IMG/VR virus record: IMGVR_UViG_3300029319_000057 | Location: 1-56,814 of that record | Length of the DNA: 56,814 bases | Origin: a virus | Taxonomy: Duplodnaviria > Caudoviricetes | Strand: one strand, 5' to 3' | Shown here: positions 53,161 to 56,814 of the stretch, piece by piece | How positions within the stretch are numbered: position 1 is the first letter of the stretch | Layout: each line of letters opens with the position of its first letter | Translations under genes and position numbers: made by a program | Notes under the pieces: generated by a model | Told to the model about the DNA's origin: nothing | What the model saw: only the letters and a program-made list of their open reading frames with translations | Databases searched by the model: none

Positions 53161-54882
53161 TTATCCATCACAAGCTAAACAATTCTCATCCATAGCTTGC
53201 TCAGCAATATCTCCTCTTAATACAGACTCTGTACGAACATAATACAAAGTTTTAATACCTTTTTTCCAAGCTTCTAAATGAACTTTATTAAGCCATTTGG
53301 GTGTAGCTATAGAGGGAAATGCTAAATTTAAACTAACGGATTGGTCAATATATTGTTGACGTATTCCAGCTTGATTAACTAATTCTAGTTGATTTATTTC
53401 TTTAAATGTTTTAAATACTTCTTTAACGGGTACATTATGTTCGCCTATTGTAATTTTATCAAGCTCTTTTATTCCTTGAACTGAACCTCCGTCTTTTAAT
53501 ATTTTATTCCAAATTTTTTCGTTATCTAATTTATATCTTCTTAATATTTTTTTAAGCGTAGGATTTTTTCTTATAAAGGTTCCTTTCGCAGACTGTTCAG
53601 TAAAAATATTAGCGGCCCAAGGCTCAATGCCAGGGCTAACGTTACCGCTAAGCTTACTATTAGACACAGTAGGAGCAATAGCCCTGAGATGCGTGTTACG
53701 CATTCCAGTACCACGGCACCATAACGGTTCACCATATGTTTCAGCCAACGCACGACTCGCTCTTTCACTTTCAATTTTAATTTGCGAAAATATTCTACGA
53801 GTTTCAAACTGTGCGAGTAAACCTTCAAAAGGTAAACCTTTATTTTGTAAATAGGTATGCCAACCAAGAACACCAAGTCCAAGAGCTCTGCCCTTTTCAG
53901 CCGACCTAACAGCGTTTTCAAACCCATACCTATATTTTGCTCTTTGTATAAATTCTTCAAGCACACCATCCAAGAACCAAATAGAGTCGTGTATGATATT
54001 TGTGTTTTTCCATTCTTCATATTTTGCTAAGTTTAATGATGATAAACAACAAACAAAACTATGCGATTCATCTGTATGTAATACTATTTCACTACATATA
54101 TTTGTCATATGAACTTTTAAAGCGTTATCTTTATACGCTGAAGGGTTCTGTTTATTTGTATTTCCTTTAAAAAGTATATAAGGTTCTCCAGTCGCTTTAC
54201 GTTTTTGTAATAGCTTACTCCATTTTTTTCTTGCAACTTTATCGCCAGCTTCAAGCTTTCGCATGAATTTATCACCGACAACAGCGCATTGGTGTAAGTT
54301 AAGTGATTGTCTATTGATGTCTCCTTTAGGTTCTCTAATTTCGAGCCACTCTTCAAAATCATCGTGGTCAATGTTAATATTAACGCTAGCTGCTCCTCTT
54401 CTAACGGATCCTTGATTTGTTGCAAGAATAGTTGAATCGTATATTTTGCAAAAAGGAACCACTCCGTCGCTTGTTCCATTTCCTGTTATTTTTGCGCCAG
54501 CGGGTCTAATCATATTTATTCCGATACCCACTCCACCGCCGTGCTTAGCGAGCAGCATCATTTCTAAATTTTTCTTTCCAATATCCTGTATACTATCAGC
54601 AACATCAATTCCAAAACAACTTATAGGCAAACCTCGATCTATACCTGTATTAGAAAGCACTGGTGAAGCTAAACATAACCAACCCTTCCATATGTATTCA
54701 AAAAAAGTTTCGGCTAATTCTGGGCGATATAAACGCTTCGCAACAGTATTAGATACACGCATATAAGCATCCCGTGGTGATTCGCCATTATATAAATAGC
54801 CACCTGATATTGTTTTTTTATAAACATCTGTATCTCCCCAAGCAGGGTAATCAATTCCTTTTTTCCAATCTTTATTCCACAT
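53161..54882 (-). CDS. nrdA: Ribonucleotide reductase class I alpha subunit (no ATP-cone)
   Basis: PISCF, GGGVG, TNICSEI, APT, KTLYY, C-terminal CLAC; start 54882 via TAATG overlap. Confidence 0.95.
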   Translation of the reverse strand: MWNKDWKKGIDYPAWGDTDVYKKTISGGYLYNGESPRDAYMRVSNTVAKRLYRPELAETFFEYIWKGWLCLASPVLSNTGIDRGLPISCFGIDVADSIQDIGKKNLEMMLLAKHGGGVGIGINMIRPAGAKITGNGTSDGVVPFCKIYDSTILATNQGSVRRGAASVNINIDHDDFEEWLEIREPKGDINRQSLNLHQCAVVGDKFMRKLEAGDKVARKKWSKLLQKRKATGEPYILFKGNTNKQNPSAYKDNALKVHMTNICSEIVLHTDESHSFVCCLSSLNLAKYEEWKNTNIIHDSIWFLDGVLEEFIQRAKYRYGFENAVRSAEKGRALGLGVLGWHTYLQNKGLPFEGLLAQFETRRIFSQIKIESERASRALAETYGEPLWCRGTGMRNTHLRAIAPTVSNSKLSGNVSPGIEPWAANIFTEQSAKGTFIRKNPTLKKILRRYKLDNEKIWNKILKDGGSVQGIKELDKITIGEHNVPVKEVFKTFKEINQLELVNQAGIRQQYIDQSVSLNLAFPSIATPKWLNKVHLEAWKKGIKTLYYVRTESVLRGDIAEQAMDENCLACDG

Positions 54883-55139
54883 TATAAACCTTTTATTAAA
54901 TGATTTGTCCAAGCTATTAAACCATTAAGATTTAACGCAACTAAGTTCCACTGTTTACGCGATGATACCTGTATTATAACGCATATAAAACCTATAATAA
55001 AAAACAAAGGTTCAACAGTCCATTGTCCAGCTATTACAAATCCAGTTCCCATATATCCAACACGAGACGCGAACTTTTGATAGCTTGTTAATTTATTTGT
55101 ATAAGCTAATAACTTAAGTAGTTTTCTTTTTGTTACCAT
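54882..55139 (-). CDS. Small membrane protein between nrdB and nrdA
   Basis: 85 aa with 2-3 hydrophobic segments; overlaps both RNR genes. Confidence 0.65.
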   Translation of the reverse strand: MVTKRKLLKLLAYTNKLTSYQKFASRVGYMGTGFVIAGQWTVEPLFFIIGFICVIIQVSSRKQWNLVALNLNGLIAWTNHLIKGL

Positions 55140-56092
55140 ATATCTTCAAAGTCTTCACCTTCGTTAGCTTTGCTATAATCAGTTGGCCTAATTGCGAAAA
55201 AATCTGTATGAGTGTGACCACCAGTAAGATGATAAAACCAGTTAAGATTATTTGCACAGCCTTCATCATAAGTAAAAACGCCGCTATAACCAAGTTCATT
55301 AAGTTTTTCATTTAATCTTTTCTTTATAAAATGTTTTAAATCATTTGCTTTTAAATTTTCAATATCACCCATTTCAAACATTTTATCAATATATTTCATT
55401 TCAGCATCATGCATTAAACTTGCGGCTTCCAATATATCTTTTTCCGCATCTTTTTTAAGTGTTGGTATTTCTTCACACATATGTCTGAATAATCTACAAC
55501 CCATTTTACTATGTAATGATTCATCTCTTACGGACCACTTCATTTGCTGCCCAATCCCTTTGAGTAGATTGCGTAACTGAAAAGAATATAAAACAGCAAA
55601 AGCACTATATAAGCTAACACCTTCCGCAAATGCAGAAAAGATTGCCAAACTTCTACCAATCCCAACAGGATCATTGCCGTCATAACCAACCAGGTTATCA
55701 AAACGCTCAGCTGTAGCAGGCTCGTGTAAAAATGCCTCAAAATTTTCAAGACCCAGTGTTTCATTTAAATAACTATAAGCTACAGCATGTATTGTTTCTT
55801 GTGAGCCGAACATCATAGCCATCTGCTGTATTTCGTGTTTAGGAAACCATGATACGACTTTTTGTGTCCAATAATCTGACACAGCACATTCAGTTTGCGC
55901 AAAACCTAAAAGGATATTACCAACTAAATGTTTTTCTTCTTTTGTTAATTTTTCATTCCAGTCTTTAACATCACCTGACATTGGTATTTCTGTATGTAAC
56001 CAAAACGCCTGAGCTTGTTTTAACCAACCTTCTGTGTAATACTCAGGGTACTCAAAAGGCTTATAAGGTATTCTTTCTTTAAATAATCCCAT
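55133..56092 (-). CDS. nrdB: Ribonucleotide reductase class I beta subunit
   Basis: FW..TEI, ETIHAVAY, EG...YSAF, RDESLH, DFF....DY. Confidence 0.95.
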   Translation of the reverse strand: MGLFKERIPYKPFEYPEYYTEGWLKQAQAFWLHTEIPMSGDVKDWNEKLTKEEKHLVGNILLGFAQTECAVSDYWTQKVVSWFPKHEIQQMAMMFGSQETIHAVAYSYLNETLGLENFEAFLHEPATAERFDNLVGYDGNDPVGIGRSLAIFSAFAEGVSLYSAFAVLYSFQLRNLLKGIGQQMKWSVRDESLHSKMGCRLFRHMCEEIPTLKKDAEKDILEAASLMHDAEMKYIDKMFEMGDIENLKANDLKHFIKKRLNEKLNELGYSGVFTYDEGCANNLNWFYHLTGGHTHTDFFAIRPTDYSKANEGEDFEDIW

Positions 56093-56093
56093 T

Positions 56094-56246
56094 TTAATTA
56101 TAAGGCATTGTAAATGCTACGTCCACAAATGGAACGTAAAACACATAAGTTAATTGATTTTCTTCTTCATAGGCTCTACAGCCAAACAATATACCTGGAT
56201 AAAATCCTACAGATAAACTCCAGTTCCATTTTTCTTTATTTTCCAT
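56094..56246 (-). CDS. Small hypothetical protein
   Basis: MENKEKWNWSLSVGFYPGILFG... Confidence 0.6.
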   Translation of the reverse strand: MENKEKWNWSLSVGFYPGILFGCRAYEEENQLTYVFYVPFVDVAFTMPYN

Positions 56247-56250
56247 ATTA

Positions 56251-56400
56251 TTATTCTTCACTAAATATCGCGTAAACATTTGCTTTTCGTTTTTTACTAA
56301 GTTTAACTACAGCAATTAACTCTTTGCGTTCTTTTATCTCATCTTCTTTTACGGGATAATATTTTGGGTTTGTACTATTTAATTTTCTTTTTTTAGCCAT
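56251..56400 (-). CDS. Small basic hypothetical protein (49 aa)
   Basis: Hand translation MAKKRKLNSTNPKYYPVKEDEIKERKELIAVVKLSKKRKANVYAIFSEE. Confidence 0.55.
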   Translation of the reverse strand: MAKKRKLNSTNPKYYPVKEDEIKERKELIAVVKLSKKRKANVYAIFSEE

Positions 56401-56563
56401 AACATTTTATTGAGTATTTATCATGTATAAACATTAAATCTTTCCATCTTAAACCGCCTCTTGCTTTAATGCTCCATTTGATAAACGTATCAATTTTACG
56501 TTCTTTATACTTACGTCTTGCTAAATGCTTGGCGCTTGTAGTATTTCTATTACCTTGTCGCAT
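56393..56563 (-). CDS. Small basic hypothetical protein (56 aa)
   Basis: Hand translation MRQGNRNTTSAKHLARRKYKERKIDTFIKWSIKARGGLRWKDLMFIHDKYSIKCYG. Confidence 0.5.
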   Translation of the reverse strand: MRQGNRNTTSAKHLARRKYKERKIDTFIKWSIKARGGLRWKDLMFIHDKYSIKCYG

Positions 56564-56814
56564 TCTTTTTGATTTTGTGGTTTAAATAATTTATAATTAG
56601 GAAACTGTTGCATTACTAATCTTTTAAACAATTTCCATCGCATTGGAAACGATTCATTAGGTCTTCCTTTAGTTTCAATAATAAAATCTTTACCAATAAA
56701 GTCTGGCGTATATTTTATAGGTAGTATTCTTTTACAACCTCTATTTTTAAAATCGCCTTTACTATTTGATTGTCTTTCCCAGCATTCATTATCAAAATGA
56801 AAGCCGTTTAATAA
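56521..56814 (-). CDS. PD-(D/E)XK endonuclease, T7 endonuclease I/resolvase-like (5' partial)
   Basis: Hand translation ...PIKYTPDFIGKDFIIETKGRPNESFPMRWKLFK... Confidence 0.8.
   Translation of the reverse strand, partial: LLNGFHFDNECWERQSNSKGDFKNRGCKRILPIKYTPDFIGKDFIIETKGRPNESFPMRWKLFKRLVMQQFPNYKLFKPQNQKECDKVIEILQAPSI

Overview
AT-rich, standard-code genome segment of a tailed dsDNA phage, most likely infecting (marine) Flavobacteriia/Bacteroidota. The host inference rests on a GldL homologue and a crAss-like-type head/tail gene order. Three blocks. (1) 1-8435, minus strand: early/middle genes (PD-(D/E)XK exonuclease, ERF recombinase, sigma-70 factor, HTH protein, pyrimidine-dimer glycosylase, many small ORFs, initiator tRNA-Met), punctuated by six copies of a promoter-like motif and containing a ~575-nt GC-rich structured non-coding region. 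(2) 8836-53146, plus strand: late genes (GroEL, GroES, truncated GldL, 3TM holin, tail fibres, second GroES-like protein, terminase, portal, scaffold, capsid, tail, internal virion proteins incl. a 2343-aa polyvalent protein, small basic proteins, outer-membrane protein module, M15 endolysin, thermonuclease). (3) 53161-56814, minus strand: nrdA, nrdB, small ORFs and a partial resolvase-like endonuclease. Best leads: the large structured RNA between a DksA/TraR-like Zn-finger gene and tRNA-fMet; a phage GldL reduced to its proton-conducting membrane domain beside the holin; a three-copy operator-like site overlapping the HTH gene start; and a possible overprinted ORF in terL. All family assignments come from motif recognition by eye; no searches or folding programs were run.
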